From: Andalucia godoyi And28
Taxonomy: Eukaryota; Protista; Jakobida
Reading direction: 5' to 3'
DNA: 64,000 nt
Assembly: GCA_009859145.1 (NCBI GenBank)
Contig: VRVR01000051.1
Location: 126,549-190,548 of the forward strand
Shown: positions 20,391-32,002 of the stretch, piece after piece
Layout: each line of letters opens with the position of its first letter
Position numbering within the stretch: position 1 is the stretch's first letter
Made by a program: the position numbers and the translations under genes
Notes under the pieces: model-generated
Seen by the model: the letters and a program-made list of their open reading frames with translations, nothing else
The model's database searches: none
Told to the model about the DNA's origin: nothing

Positions 20391-23300
20391 CTACATAAAC
20401 ATTCCCACGGCAACGCGAACCAGGATGCATACGGGCTCAAGAACGAAGAGCTGCTGTCCAAAGGTGGCCAAGCTGCAAAGATACCAGGCGAACTGCTCGT
20501 CTTTGTTCATCCGCACATAGTACAGTAAAATAATGTGGATGCAGAAGACTTGCAGCAGTATCGCAAGGAAATATACAAAAATCACACTCGAGGGTGGAAA
20601 ATAGAATTGGGATCCCGCATTCTGCTGTGGAGCGGATCGATTAAAGGTGTACCAGAAAGCACTCTCGTGGCGCGCGAGAGCCAACAAACATTCCGCAGTC
20701 AACCGAGGCCGACGCTTCCACACGATGACATAAATTAAAATCGCAGAAATCAGAACCAACAGAGCGACGCACATAACGACGATTTCGATGCTGCACGAGG
20801 CTTGCAGCAACCAAAACACGACGAACAAGGACAGCAAACAGGCTGCAAAGAGGATAATGAGCAAATTTGAATACGAAACAGGACCGCGCACTACTCTCCC
20901 CGCAGCTATCAATTCCATTTGACTTTCGTACCAACGCAATCGAGCTCCCGACATCTCCAAACTCCGAAAATCGGGCAGCGATCCACTATCACAAGTTTCA
21001 TCCAGCTTTGGGGCAACATCCACGCCACTGTCATCTTCCGAAGCAACCGACCAGGCGTCACCACCGAGTCGATGCAGCCGATCCAGTGAAACACTCCTTT
21101 TTCGATCGATCCGAAGCGGAAGACCCGGCTTGCTTTGGATTTCTACGAGATCCAATGTCGAATCCCGCACTCCGAACGCAATTTCAGTCGGGTCGTTCAC
21201 GCTCCGTCCAGAACCCGAGCCAGCAACTGGGCTTGTATCAATGCTGCTGCTTCCCACAATCTTCAGAGCGGATGACGGATTCGTCTTCACTTGGACTCGT
21301 GCGGCGACCACCAAGGACGCACTTTCTACACGATCACCAACAACCGGCAACTGGTCGATTGACGCACCAGGAAGCGTTGCAACAGAGAAAGGGAACGGCG
21401 AAGCACGCACCAACTGAGATGAGGAACACACTGAAAGCACGTTCGTTGAAGGCGGCACGGGAAGCACCTGCGAAACCCGTTCATTCTGGATGCCCACGGA
21501 CGAATGGCCGGTACTCATGAAAGGGGGTTGAGCAGTTGACAGCAGTTCGTTCGCGTCAACCCCAACATCCGTTGGCGCCTTCTGCGAAGCATCCGCGCAA
21601 CCAGAGTGGTTCTGTTGGAAAGCAGGCATGTTCGTTGTCGTTGTCACCGAGGTGTTAGCAGCGCTGTAAGAAGTTTCCCGTCGCCGAACGGCATCCCGAG
21701 CAATACGTCCGAACAAGAAAGAAAGGAAAAACACAACTGGTTCTGCAATCAGCGCGCACATCGCCGTTATCGCAATCTTGACCCACAAGGGAGACTGCGC
21801 ACTTGGATGGAAAAATGCATTCAGCGCCAGTGCGCAAAACACGAAACACATCAGCAGCATGACTCGCTGAGGTCGAGTGATTCCAGACTCGCCATCCCCC
21901 CATCGAAGACCAAACAGAGGATGGGTCTGTCGAAATACAGAAACAACATTCATTCGGAAAATCATCCATTTTTCAGCCAGGGACGGCTTCGCATCCCCCT
22001 TCGATTCGGCTATCCCAGAGAAATACTCGACACCAAACACAGTCAAGTCCTCCGTCGTCGAGCTGAAACCAGCAGCCGACGTTTCCGAGGCTGATGATGA
22101 AGACATGCCGGGAGATTCTTGACGGCGGACCGCATTTGCTTGGCCAAGTTGCACGCTCTGATGCGCTTTCTGATCATGACAACATACATGCAAGCGGAAA
22201 CTGTCGGCATTGAGCTCTGGCACCGCCGCTGCAGCCTTGAATTGGCCCGGTTCATACGGAGTGATGCTGGTTGGAAGTGCTTTTCGACCGGCCCTCCTGG
22301 CTTGTCTGCGATCCAATGCATATCCCCAAGCCATCAAGAGCCAGCCGCAGAGCAGTAAACTCAATATCACATAAAAGACATACGAATGCAATAGATCACC
22401 CTCGGTATACATTCCAGTATCTGCAATATCCACAGGGGAGATTTCAACAAAATCTGCAGGGGAAACTTGAAAGTCGATGGTTGCAAACGACGTCAAATGG
22501 GTCGTGGAGCACAGAACACCATACGCAACACCAAATGGATCTCGCACGATTGTAGAGACTACTCCCGAAACTGAGTAGTTCCCGTTCGTCACGTCAAAGT
22601 ACGCACACTTTGGTGTGGAAGTGTTCTCCTGCAGCCTGCTGATGTTCTGAATCAACGGCAAGAATATTTCAACAGGCCTGGCGAGATCCTTCACGACACA
22701 CTCCGTGCCCGACTGGTCATAAAATTCAACAGAAAACTGGTGCGAAAGGGCAGTCTCGTTTTGCGCGAGGCAATTCGAGAATGGATTCCTTTTCCAATAA
22801 ATAACACTGCTGGACAAAACGTTGGCATGCTGACACGGATTCATACCAACTGGAATAACCGCATATGGACGACGATCCCGACAAGCAAAAGAGTCGCCGC
22901 TGACATCAAATCGCTGTCCTCCAATTTCGGTCTGGCTATGCACTTGTATTCGAAAGAAAAAAGCTCCGGTATCCGTTTCTAAAGGAATTTCGCCAGAGGA
23001 CAGAGTTGCAGCTGCAGACGTTGCCAACTGGCGCACCAAGTCCTCAGTAAAAGCAGCACCCGCTCGCAGTGCCGCATCTGTCCGGTTTCGCCCTTGGTGA
23101 GAAGCGACAAGCTTCAAAGCGGAAGACTCGCCCAAACCCTTGGACACAACGAAAGATGACAGTGCAGTAGTGAACTGCGCAAACATCGACGAATCCAGTC
23201 CAGTGATTACCAGAGTCTTGGCTACTTTAGAAAGAATGCTTTCCATCACACACAATCCAACATCATCTATGAACAACGGATTATTGGCCACGGCTAGCAG

Positions 23301-26300
23301 CGAGTCCGTGATGGCTCGCAACAGCTGCTTTTGTTCATTCCGATCCTTCCAAGATTGGACAGGAACAACGACGTCATTCAACAGGGAAGTTAAAAGCTTG
23401 TATGTCAAATCTGAGCGAACAACAACTTCAGCTTTCGAAATGTCGCAAAAGGGCCCACGCCAACCCAGCTGGCACCCGCAGTACGACATTTCACCATCGC
23501 GGAGGCAATGCCCATTCACACAGCCGGAGCACCAAAGAGAGTCATCCACGTTAGCGGACGAAAGAATCGCCGAGGTGGCTTCCACTTGTGCACTGTTTCC
23601 AATCGTAAGGGACTGTCCGACGGATGAAAAGAGCACGAGCATGCTGCGAACATCCGCGGATTCCCGTGCTGCGACCAGGGCGCTCTTGGCATATGCCGTC
23701 AGATAATGCACACGCAGCTCCGGTGTTGCAAAGAATTTTCGCCGAACCGTTAGATTCACTGAACGCTCGACTGCGGCGCAAAAGGCATCGCGAATCACAA
23801 AAATCAACGTAATGTGACCTTCTGAATTCAACGCTGCGGGTAGCCTCAGAGACTTCGTGTCATCAATTGGGACATTCGGAAGCAGCAATGAGCTGTCTGA
23901 GCTGTAGGATGAAACTGGCAGGACAGGCAACCCAGAAATATTTTGATTAATCAGGTACACATCAAACTGAACTGGGCCGTCGCCAACGTTCCAGCCTGAG
24001 CAGAACACGGTGAAGTCCGTTTCCATTTCGACACCCTCCGACGGAGAAACATTGCATCCCCCTCCTTTTGGAGGCAGCCGAACGGATATATCGCGAACCG
24101 CCTTGCTTTCTCTTCCGAGGCTGTCGACTGCAAACACTTCAAAGAGGTACACTCGACCAGGAATGAAAAATCCAGGCGCAATAACAAGATTCGGACAAGT
24201 TCGATTGGACAAAACGACCGACCTGTTTGACAGATCAAACTCCACGGATCTAGATGTCAGTCGCCAGAAGAAGGACACAGGCGTCGCCGCGTCGCCCGGA
24301 GGAAAGTTCATCCGAGCTGTGAGGGTGACCTTTTCTGATGGGTTGACTCTGGGAGACCGCACAACAATCTGTACATTCGATCCTCTTCCAGGTTTCACAG
24401 AAACAAAAATAGTGGATATCGATTGACGAGAACCTTTCGAATACTTCACGGAGATCCAATACATCATGTTCATTTGCAGTGTGTCTGCATAGATCACAGT
24501 CTGGTTCAATCGAATCGTGTTGTTCCCAAAGACATTTCCGCAAGGTTTGAAGTTCGATGCATTGCCATTGGGTTGAGATGATGTCGTGTTGTTCTTGAGT
24601 TTGATACAGGACCATACAAATTGTTCAGGGACTGGCTCCTCTTCAGGGTCCGAGCAAGATTGTGCGGTTAATTTGAGATCCGATTCGATGCACTGCTCAA
24701 TGTATGAGCCCTGATCGATCACAGAAACCAGTGGCAGAGAAACAACAGCGAACGCATACTCTGCAATCGCTGTAAATACATTCAACGGCCTCGAAACAAG
24801 TTTCACGGAAACCGAGTAGTTTTGTGAAGCCGGCAGCCTGTACGGAGGAATCGTAAACTCAATCTCCTTAAAACCCATTGCATAACTGTCGGTTTTTGTC
24901 ATGCCGGCGATTCTTGGACCGGTGACGTTCCAGAATGCGGAAAATGACAAATTCCATGACGCCACGCATGATACAGTACTATAACTGGCTTTCAGCACCA
25001 AGGGGCTTGAAATTCGCACTGCATTGGAACTGGGGCCCAGAATTGCAAGAGACTGTACAATTCCGGTGGATCGACGCGTAAGATTCAAGACAAACTCATA
25101 CTGGAGCCCAAAGAAATTACGAGATTTGAAGACGATTGTGTAGTTGCCAGGAAACGAAAACGGAATAGTTTGTCCAAATTGAACGTCAGTCGCAGTGGAT
25201 AATTCATAGGGCAACTGTGGAGGTACCGCAGACCCCAGAATATTCATACCCACGACAGACCAGGAAACGCTGACCAATCTTTTAACGCTTCCCGATATCA
25301 AAACCGACGATAAATTGAATGAATCGCAAATTCCCACCACCGGCTCTGCGACAGAGACATGATGATCCGGAGTGGGAGGAACATAATGCAGATGAATTCG
25401 CGAAGGAATATCGACAGGAATGTGAGTCGAGGCATCCTTCACGGCCCCCGGCACAAAAGAAATGTTGAAGTAAGGATCAGAAGAGGACCAGATCACAGAT
25501 TGGCCAAGATGGATGAAAAGAGTTGCAGAATTGAACCATACACATGCAAGATCGGTTCCTTCCGCAAGCATTGCGCGCGTATCCGGCAACAGGAGTGCAT
25601 TGCAGGACGAGCTGGAAAGAGGAGCAGAGGTAACGGAAGAAGAAAATGATATTGTGATGAGCGTGGCATCACTATCAATACCAGCAGAGATGAACATTGC
25701 AGTCGCATTGTTGGAAGGAGGCGGCGGCGCGATGCAAGCTGACGCTGAGGACGCGCCTTGCGCCCTTGTGAATGTACCCAGCGGACATGGATGACAACTG
25801 GTCACACTATCTGAGCCAGAAACAGAAGAGTACGTGTTATTAGGACAGAGAGTGCAGTCCGTAGGAGCCGACGCGCCTTCATTGAGACCGAAAGTGCCAC
25901 TAGGACATGGTTGGCAATACGCAGAGCTGTTTGCCCCGACGGCCACTCCAACGGTCCCTCTAGGACAGAGAGTGCAAGACTGTGAACCGAATCCTGATGC
26001 GTAAGAGCCAGCTTGGCATGGTGTGCACGAACCAGGACTCGGAGCTCCAGTAGCGCTGCTGTACGTACCTATAGGGCATCCCAGACATGTACTCGAGGCA
26101 GTAGACCCAACGGCAGTACTGTACGTTCCTGCAGGGCAGAGGCTGCACGAGGAAGACGAGTTCGCACCAGAAGCCGGGCCGTACGTCCCAGCTGGGCACT
26201 TTGAGCAATACGTGAGCCCCGGAGTACTGGAAAAAGTCCCCATCGGACAAAGAAGACAAGATGCGTTCCACTGTGTAGGATTGGCTATGAAAGTGCCCAG

Positions 26301-27539
26301 GGGGCACGATGAACAGGTGGCGTGGCCGGGACAACGAGAAATCCACGTCTGTGATCCGCAGCCGACCACAACCCGACCGGCGGCATTTTGAAGGATACGA
26401 ACGGAGGAGGCGCACGGCAATCCGAGGACCACCGATCGAAAGACACCGTCAGCAGTGATATTGTAGACATCGACGAGAGACGGTGAAATCGAAATCGCAA
26501 CCAACAGACTAGATTCCAAATACAGAATATCCATGAAGTTTGCAGACGCAATGTTGGGAGCTACAGAAAGACAACCTACGCTTGTCCAGTGTTTGGGTTT
26601 CGACGGCAGAGTGTTGTCCGGAAGGTAGGACTCTATACAGATGCCTGTAGATGTTGCACCAACAATAGAAAACGATTCTCCGGAAAACACCGATGGCATC
26701 CGTCCAAGGCCCACGTAGTCGTGTTTCCCGTTCGGAGTCAGCAAGTCCCACTGATTGTTAGTATTGTTTTGAAGGCCATACACGACAGTTCGGTCCTTAT
26801 CGTTGATGCCTGCAATGTACACACTCCTCGATGCGGTTTCCACAAACACTGAAAAGTCTCGCACCATAGGAGACTTGGAATTCCCAACAAAAATACCGTC
26901 CGCAACGCTATTCCAACTGCCCGAGTCTTCGTCGTACGTGACGACATATGACAGTACAGAAGTTGTCACAGCAATGTAGAGCACAGACTGTTGCACAGAA
27001 CACGAAACAGACGCAACTGGGGAAGAAAGAACATAGTGTTTCAAATCCACAAGAGACGCGTTCGAAGGCTGCACGGCGGACAGCCGTTTAATAATCACAG
27101 CTGTATTCGTTCCGTATATCACATAGAAATTGCGGCGAGGCCCTGTACACACATCACTACTAAGCGGAATCTCGGAGCCTATTTCCACAATCGGACCAAA
27201 CGAGCCAATGTGGAAGTCAAACGAGGTCAGAGCAAGACCTCCCGACAGCGTACTTTCCCCAAGAATGATCAACGACCCGTTCGGAGAAAATGCGTAAGAC
27301 ATGATCGCTGCATTCGTATCCACAATGCCAGGAATCGGTGCCAACTGCTCCCCACCCAGACGGAAGAACGATTCCTGCGAGGCAGCGCAAGTCAGCAATG
27401 CAAACATGAAGATGATGAGCAGCGGGAACCCGGAAGGTTGAATTTGAGACGAACCACCAGCCGGAATCCGACATCTCGTTGAATAGTCTTTCAACGATGC
27501 AAAGCTATCCGTCTTGCAAAGTCTCATCATCATCATCAT
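20391..27539 (-). CDS. Polycystin-1/REJ-like receptor: signal peptide, GCC2/GCC3 Cys repeats, REJ, GAIN/GPS, TM region
   Basis: 2382-aa ORF. Repeated CxxCPxGTY motifs; REJ-like segments (CSDPEE..FVWSC, GGCNVSPSEG..TDFTVFCSGW); GPS CAYFD...CSTTHLTSFA; HPLF..TRPQRV TM signature. Confidence 0.85.
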   Translation of the reverse strand: MMMMMRLCKTDSFASLKDYSTRCRIPAGGSSQIQPSGFPLLIIFMFALLTCAASQESFFRLGGEQLAPIPGIVDTNAAIMSYAFSPNGSLIILGESTLSGGLALTSFDFHIGSFGPIVEIGSEIPLSSDVCTGPRRNFYVIYGTNTAVIIKRLSAVQPSNASLVDLKHYVLSSPVASVSCSVQQSVLYIAVTTSVLSYVVTYDEDSGSWNSVADGIFVGNSKSPMVRDFSVFVETASRSVYIAGINDKDRTVVYGLQNNTNNQWDLLTPNGKHDYVGLGRMPSVFSGESFSIVGATSTGICIESYLPDNTLPSKPKHWTSVGCLSVAPNIASANFMDILYLESSLLVAISISPSLVDVYNITADGVFRSVVLGLPCASSVRILQNAAGRVVVGCGSQTWISRCPGHATCSSCPLGTFIANPTQWNASCLLCPMGTFSSTPGLTYCSKCPAGTYGPASGANSSSSCSLCPAGTYSTAVGSTASSTCLGCPIGTYSSATGAPSPGSCTPCQAGSYASGFGSQSCTLCPRGTVGVAVGANSSAYCQPCPSGTFGLNEGASAPTDCTLCPNNTYSSVSGSDSVTSCHPCPLGTFTRAQGASSASACIAPPPPSNNATAMFISAGIDSDATLITISFSSSVTSAPLSSSSCNALLLPDTRAMLAEGTDLACVWFNSATLFIHLGQSVIWSSSDPYFNISFVPGAVKDASTHIPVDIPSRIHLHYVPPTPDHHVSVAEPVVGICDSFNLSSVLISGSVKRLVSVSWSVVGMNILGSAVPPQLPYELSTATDVQFGQTIPFSFPGNYTIVFKSRNFFGLQYEFVLNLTRRSTGIVQSLAILGPSSNAVRISSPLVLKASYSTVSCVASWNLSFSAFWNVTGPRIAGMTKTDSYAMGFKEIEFTIPPYRLPASQNYSVSVKLVSRPLNVFTAIAEYAFAVVSLPLVSVIDQGSYIEQCIESDLKLTAQSCSDPEEEPVPEQFVWSCIKLKNNTTSSQPNGNASNFKPCGNVFGNNTIRLNQTVIYADTLQMNMMYWISVKYSKGSRQSISTIFVSVKPGRGSNVQIVVRSPRVNPSEKVTLTARMNFPPGDAATPVSFFWRLTSRSVEFDLSNRSVVLSNRTCPNLVIAPGFFIPGRVYLFEVFAVDSLGRESKAVRDISVRLPPKGGGCNVSPSEGVEMETDFTVFCSGWNVGDGPVQFDVYLINQNISGLPVLPVSSYSSDSSLLLPNVPIDDTKSLRLPAALNSEGHITLIFVIRDAFCAAVERSVNLTVRRKFFATPELRVHYLTAYAKSALVAARESADVRSMLVLFSSVGQSLTIGNSAQVEATSAILSSANVDDSLWCSGCVNGHCLRDGEMSYCGCQLGWRGPFCDISKAEVVVRSDLTYKLLTSLLNDVVVPVQSWKDRNEQKQLLRAITDSLLAVANNPLFIDDVGLCVMESILSKVAKTLVITGLDSSMFAQFTTALSSFVVSKGLGESSALKLVASHQGRNRTDAALRAGAAFTEDLVRQLATSAAATLSSGEIPLETDTGAFFFRIQVHSQTEIGGQRFDVSGDSFACRDRRPYAVIPVGMNPCQHANVLSSSVIYWKRNPFSNCLAQNETALSHQFSVEFYDQSGTECVVKDLARPVEIFLPLIQNISRLQENTSTPKCAYFDVTNGNYSVSGVVSTIVRDPFGVAYGVLCSTTHLTSFATIDFQVSPADFVEISPVDIADTGMYTEGDLLHSYVFYVILSLLLCGWLLMAWGYALDRRQARRAGRKALPTSITPYEPGQFKAAAAVPELNADSFRLHVCCHDQKAHQSVQLGQANAVRRQESPGMSSSSASETSAAGFSSTTEDLTVFGVEYFSGIAESKGDAKPSLAEKWMIFRMNVVSVFRQTHPLFGLRWGDGESGITRPQRVMLLMCFVFCALALNAFFHPSAQSPLWVKIAITAMCALIAEPVVFFLSFLFGRIARDAVRRRETSYSAANTSVTTTTNMPAFQQNHSGCADASQKAPTDVGVDANELLSTAQPPFMSTGHSSVGIQNERVSQVLPVPPSTNVLSVCSSSQLVRASPFPFSVATLPGASIDQLPVVGDRVESASLVVAARVQVKTNPSSALKIVGSSSIDTSPVAGSGSGRSVNDPTEIAFGVRDSTLDLVEIQSKPGLPLRIDRKRSVSLDRLHRLGGDAWSVASEDDSGVDVAPKLDETCDSGSLPDFRSLEMSGARLRWYESQMELIAAGRVVRGPVSYSNLLIILFAACLLSLFVVFWLLQASCSIEIVVMCVALLVLISAILIYVIVWKRRPRLTAECLLALARHESAFWYTFNRSAPQQNAGSQFYFPPSSVIFVYFLAILLQVFCIHIILLYYVRMNKDEQFAWYLCSLATFGQQLFVLEPVCILVRVAVGMFM

Positions 27540-28305
27540 CTTTTTTTTTTTTTTTGTTCTCGGGGTTTTTTACACACTCATGTTCAGTCGGTTGTTGATC
27601 TGTCTGGACGTTAGCGTTGATGAAACCAAATGACTGACTCGGAATTCGGATTACTACAATAAAAAAAACGTTCACCACTCTGGCCTGGTCTCAAAAAGAA
27701 ACGAAAAGAAAAGAAACGAGAGAAGGAAAACAGGCAGCCTTCTTCTTGTTTCTCATCGTTCAGCGACCGCAAAGAGGGGAGCAACACGCAAAATTTCCCT
27801 TTTGTTTTTGGAACTCACTGTCCTTTTCTGTGCTTCGTAGCTTCCCTCTCTTCCCTCGTACAATCGGCAGGTTTGTCATAGCAGACGTGGGCAACCTGTC
27901 CAATCTGTCGCCAAGAATGGACGTCCAATAAAGACAGAAGTAGAAACACACGAGCAGACGCAGCAAAAAGCCGAGTTGCATCAGCCTACATGTACAAACG
28001 ACTCTGTGCACTTCCCTCTTCTTGTTGGCATGAAAGAAAATGAACTGCGCAAGAAAAAGACAGCTTGCAGTGGGGTTGGTTGGTTTTGCGAAAAAATGCA
28101 CAGGCTCGGCGCGCCATAACGAATGGCTTCAGGCGTTTTCCTTGCTTGCGCAAAAATTCGTTGTTGGTGAGCCATCCTGCATGTCGAAACAAGTTTTCAA
28201 CAAAGCGCTGAAAGAGCCCGTCTGAAGATTCCGAGTTTGGCAGGGTCTCATGGAGGGGACACACACACATTCAGCCGTTTTGAACTGCTGGGCAAAAAAA
28301 AAAGG

Positions 28306-30612
28306 TTACTGCTCGGTGATGAAGAAGTCTGCACGTTCCGCCGCTGGTGCAGCCGAGTTGTCTGCTACTTCGTCTGTCGCGACAGCACTTGGATACTGAA
28401 TTTTCCGTGCACTGAGTATCAGCTTTTCGATCTCCTCCTGGTCCAAGACGAAGCGAAAAACAGGTCGTACCGGCCGCGAGGCCTTTCGTTTCACTGCCTG
28501 TGTTTCCAGATTGCTGCGGAGCTTGCGAGCCTCGGCGGTCGTGTTTGTCCCAATAATGGCCAGCAGCTGTGCTTCGAGCTGATCGGCTTCCAGATCCAGT
28601 CTCTCAAAAACCTCCGAGTCATTTTCGAATTTCTCCAAGTTTGCGACGAATTCACGCTTCCTGTGGATCCAGTCAGATTCTAAAACGGAGAATCGGATTT
28701 CAGCGCTGATACTTCCGTAATCGTCAAACAGCGCCTCGGGTCTCCCGAGCGCTACTCGTTCTCGGATCGTCAAGCTATTAAAATCAAAAAAGAACTTTGA
28801 TGCTGCTGCTTTTGTTGGGCTAATGTTCCCCGAAGAGTCCGCGATTGCTTGCAGTTTTGGCAAAGCCTTGTGGCCCGTGGAGGCGGTAAATCCCAAGACA
28901 CTCGAGGATCGTGTGCTCCCTCTCATTTGGTTCGCTTGCGCGTGTGTACTTTGCAAACCGCGTTTCCCGGCTGACACGAGCTCGGCTGATTTGCGTCCGC
29001 TCCTCGACTTTGCGAGTTCTCTTTCAAATTCCTCTCTCCTGATTTGCTTCAACCGCAGTTTCATTCGTTCCTGCGCATTCGAAATCTCTCTCGCACGAAG
29101 TACCTTCTCTGCTCGGATAAACTGGTACGACAAGAGCGAGATTTGCGCGCGTTTTGTAACTAGATACTGCCGAAAGCACCGCTGCACAGACTTCAGTCGG
29201 TTCACCGCTTTGCGCATCAGGAAACCGATCGGAGACGCCGTTTTGACAACGTAAAGAAGCGATTTAATCTTCTTGACTGCGAATCGCTTTTTTCTGATTT
29301 TCATGTTGACGAGGAACATGACCATCGATCGTCGCATCTTTCTCAGAAGTTGCACTACTTTTGTTTCCTGCAGGCCTTTCCAGTTTCTGTACTGCCGCTG
29401 AATCGTCCGTGCTGCTTGCTCCTCTTTTGTTTGCAGCAGCCGACTTGTTCTTGCTCTTCTAACGACGTTCTGGATGACATCGTGCGCGACGATGGTTTGG
29501 ATCACCGTGGACCAGGCGGCCACCAGAAACCTTTTCTGCTCGCGAGATCGCATCGCCTCGCGCGTTTTCGATTCCAACAAGGTGATCTTCTTCTGCTCGT
29601 GTTGCTGACTTCCATTTCTGTTTCTCTCCAGTACTCGAATGGTCTGCAGTTCATGCTGAAACGCCCTGGACGCGATCTGCTGCTTGCGCATTTCCCCTGC
29701 CTGTTTAGCGTATTCCATGTTTCGCTTCATGATCGCGGTCACTCCCCCGGAACCCGTTGCTGAAGTCGGACGGTACTTCCCAAGCGAGTATTTGGCGTCC
29801 ACGGAGTCAATGTACTTGTCTAGATCTTCAGGATGGTCAAGCATGTACTGTGCAAAGAGCTGTATTCTGGTCTCGAGGCTCATGGGCAGTTCGCGTTTTT
29901 GCGGCGCATCCGACGGCGTGTTGCTTCGTCGCCTCATTTCGGAATGGTCATGGGTGTAAGACAGGACGACTTTCGGAGCACCCGAGCTGGTGAAGTCAAA
30001 CGGAGACTCCAGCTTTCGACTTTTCATCACGTCTCGTCTCAGAAGCCCCCGACGTTCCGTCGTCTTGGCTCCGGATCGATCTTCTCGAATGCCAGGCAGA
30101 GTGTTCACCCCTCCTCTCCGTTCGTCGCGCTCGTGCCTCTTCAGAGTCCCAAGCATCCGTGCCGGGCTCTTCTCGTTTGCAATGCCCATCACAGTGTGCG
30201 ATCTCCCCATCCGTTCGCGCTCCTTGTCCATTTCCCTTGCCATTTCCCTTGCCACTTCCATTGCTTTCCATTCCTGGTCTTCTTTTTCGAGTTGTTCGAT
30301 TTCGATGCGCTCCTGGAGTCGTCGGTGCGCTACGAACTGCTCCTGAGCACCGTCCGACACCGTCCGCATCGCAATGGCCTTCAAGGTCGGCAGCCCGCTC
30401 TTTCCATGATGTCCAGCTCCCACAGATGCACGAGGACTCATTGTCATTGGTGGTGGCGGCGGTTGCACATGAAGACACCTTGGAAACACGTCCGTGTCCA
30501 GGGAGGAAGGCAAGGAGCCTTCCGATGTCCGTTCAGATGCCTGACCGGTTCCCTGGTGGTCCTCACCATCTGGCAGGCCGGTCAGAAAGAACAGTGCGGA
30601 CTGCTGCTGCAT
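28306..30612 (-). CDS. IQ-motif coiled-coil protein
   Basis: AARTIQRQYRNWK and VQRCFRQY IQ-like motifs within a long charged ORF. Confidence 0.65.
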   Translation of the reverse strand: MQQQSALFFLTGLPDGEDHQGTGQASERTSEGSLPSSLDTDVFPRCLHVQPPPPPMTMSPRASVGAGHHGKSGLPTLKAIAMRTVSDGAQEQFVAHRRLQERIEIEQLEKEDQEWKAMEVAREMAREMDKERERMGRSHTVMGIANEKSPARMLGTLKRHERDERRGGVNTLPGIREDRSGAKTTERRGLLRRDVMKSRKLESPFDFTSSGAPKVVLSYTHDHSEMRRRSNTPSDAPQKRELPMSLETRIQLFAQYMLDHPEDLDKYIDSVDAKYSLGKYRPTSATGSGGVTAIMKRNMEYAKQAGEMRKQQIASRAFQHELQTIRVLERNRNGSQQHEQKKITLLESKTREAMRSREQKRFLVAAWSTVIQTIVAHDVIQNVVRRARTSRLLQTKEEQAARTIQRQYRNWKGLQETKVVQLLRKMRRSMVMFLVNMKIRKKRFAVKKIKSLLYVVKTASPIGFLMRKAVNRLKSVQRCFRQYLVTKRAQISLLSYQFIRAEKVLRAREISNAQERMKLRLKQIRREEFERELAKSRSGRKSAELVSAGKRGLQSTHAQANQMRGSTRSSSVLGFTASTGHKALPKLQAIADSSGNISPTKAAASKFFFDFNSLTIRERVALGRPEALFDDYGSISAEIRFSVLESDWIHRKREFVANLEKFENDSEVFERLDLEADQLEAQLLAIIGTNTTAEARKLRSNLETQAVKRKASRPVRPVFRFVLDQEEIEKLILSARKIQYPSAVATDEVADNSAAPAAERADFFITEQ

Positions 30613-31342
30613 GATCTTCAGCAAAAGCTCTTCTTCCTCTTCGTTACGTCAGTCACTCTGCGCAGGCCACACTCTGCTAATCGAAGTACGCTACTGCTCT
30701 GCCATGCATTAGTATTATGTTTGCAAGATCCTCCAAAGTCCGGGAGACTGTCTTTATGTTTGGGAATTCAGATGGATCGCAGACTGATGTTCTCAGTTCT
30801 GAGTTCTGTGGCCAGTTCAACAGACAAACAATTAGCATTTTGAGCAAAACGTGCTGATTTTTTTTTTTTTGAAGGACTCGGCTGTGCAAACGGTTTCGCA
30901 AACAAACCGCTGTACTCTCTTTCCCAAAACCACGTGTTTTCTGTTTTGTGTGCTGCCAAGTGTCAACCCTAAGAGGCTTCTCTCTGGAAAAAGCGTTTTT
31001 TCGCCTCTGCCTGTCACCCGCCATTGTCACTACTGTCATTGTCCGAGTCCCAGTGCGTTTTATTGGCAAAAAAGTCCCCAATAACTAGTACGCCGACACA
31101 CAGAGGTTATTATTATTCCTAGACAAACATCGAATACGTTTTTAATGTTTTGTTTTGTTTTGTTTTGTTTTGTTTTTGTAATTAATAAGCAGATTCTGCG
31201 GTTTCCCCCTCCCCCACCCGCTCTTCCTTACACAACGACAGCGACGACGCCAAACGAAACAACCAACAACGATTTGGACATTACGTTTTCTTTTTATTAT
31301 ATTATATTATTATTATTGTTTTTCTTTTTTGCCAAACACACG

Positions 31343-32002
31343 ATGAGCTCTCGATCAAATGACATTTCTCTTTCCGATTCGTATTCGTTTTATTTCAACA
31401 GCGGAAAGTCTGTATCATGCGATGCTGAATCCGGATCTGGGTCTTTGAATCCGTACGAAGCGGCGTTTATGCGGCTGTGCCAAGTGGCGACAGTTGGTGA
31501 ATTCTGGACTGCGTGGTCACATATCCATCGGCCTGAGAAGCTTGGGCAAGGGTGCGACCTGGCGTTCTTCAGAGGTGGGGTGAAGCCAGTGTGGGAGCAC
31601 CCGGCGAATGCGCAAGGAGGAAAGTGGTCGATTCGGCTGCGGAAGCAAGGGTTCGCAAAGCACATTCTTGAAGACTTGATGATTGCGCTCATCGGAAATA
31701 TGCTTCCTGAAGGCGTGCTTGGAATCGTGTATTCATCACGGCCGTATTGCGAAGTTGTAAGCGTGTGGAACAGCGATGCGCAGAACAAGGACGCGTGCTC
31801 GGCGCTCAGAAGTGCTATTGTGGCAAGAACCGGCATTCCTCCGAGACTCCATCTTGAATACAAGCCACATGATGACTCCCTCAGGCGATCCACCTTGAGC
31901 CATTCCGGTGCAGCGTTCAGTGTGAGCGCATCATCCACAGTGTACTCATCCTCCTCCACTCCATCGACGACCGAGCACTCCTCGGCAACCACACAAAGCT
32001 AG
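31343..32002 (+). CDS. eIF4E family cap-binding protein, class II (4EHP-like)
   Basis: VGEFWTAW, FRGGVKPVWEHPANAQGGKW, ALIG, SVWN. Tyr at the W43 and W56 equivalents. Confidence 0.85.
   Translation: MSSRSNDISLSDSYSFYFNSGKSVSCDAESGSGSLNPYEAAFMRLCQVATVGEFWTAWSHIHRPEKLGQGCDLAFFRGGVKPVWEHPANAQGGKWSIRLRKQGFAKHILEDLMIALIGNMLPEGVLGIVYSSRPYCEVVSVWNSDAQNKDACSALRSAIVARTGIPPRLHLEYKPHDDSLRRSTLSHSGAAFSVSASSTVYSSSSTPSTTEHSSATTQS

Noticed and set aside
29833-30843. Long opposite-strand ORFs (also 42434-43633, 47350-48810, 50362-51273, 10986-11738)
   Set aside because: Antisense shadows of well-supported genes, with no motifs of their own.
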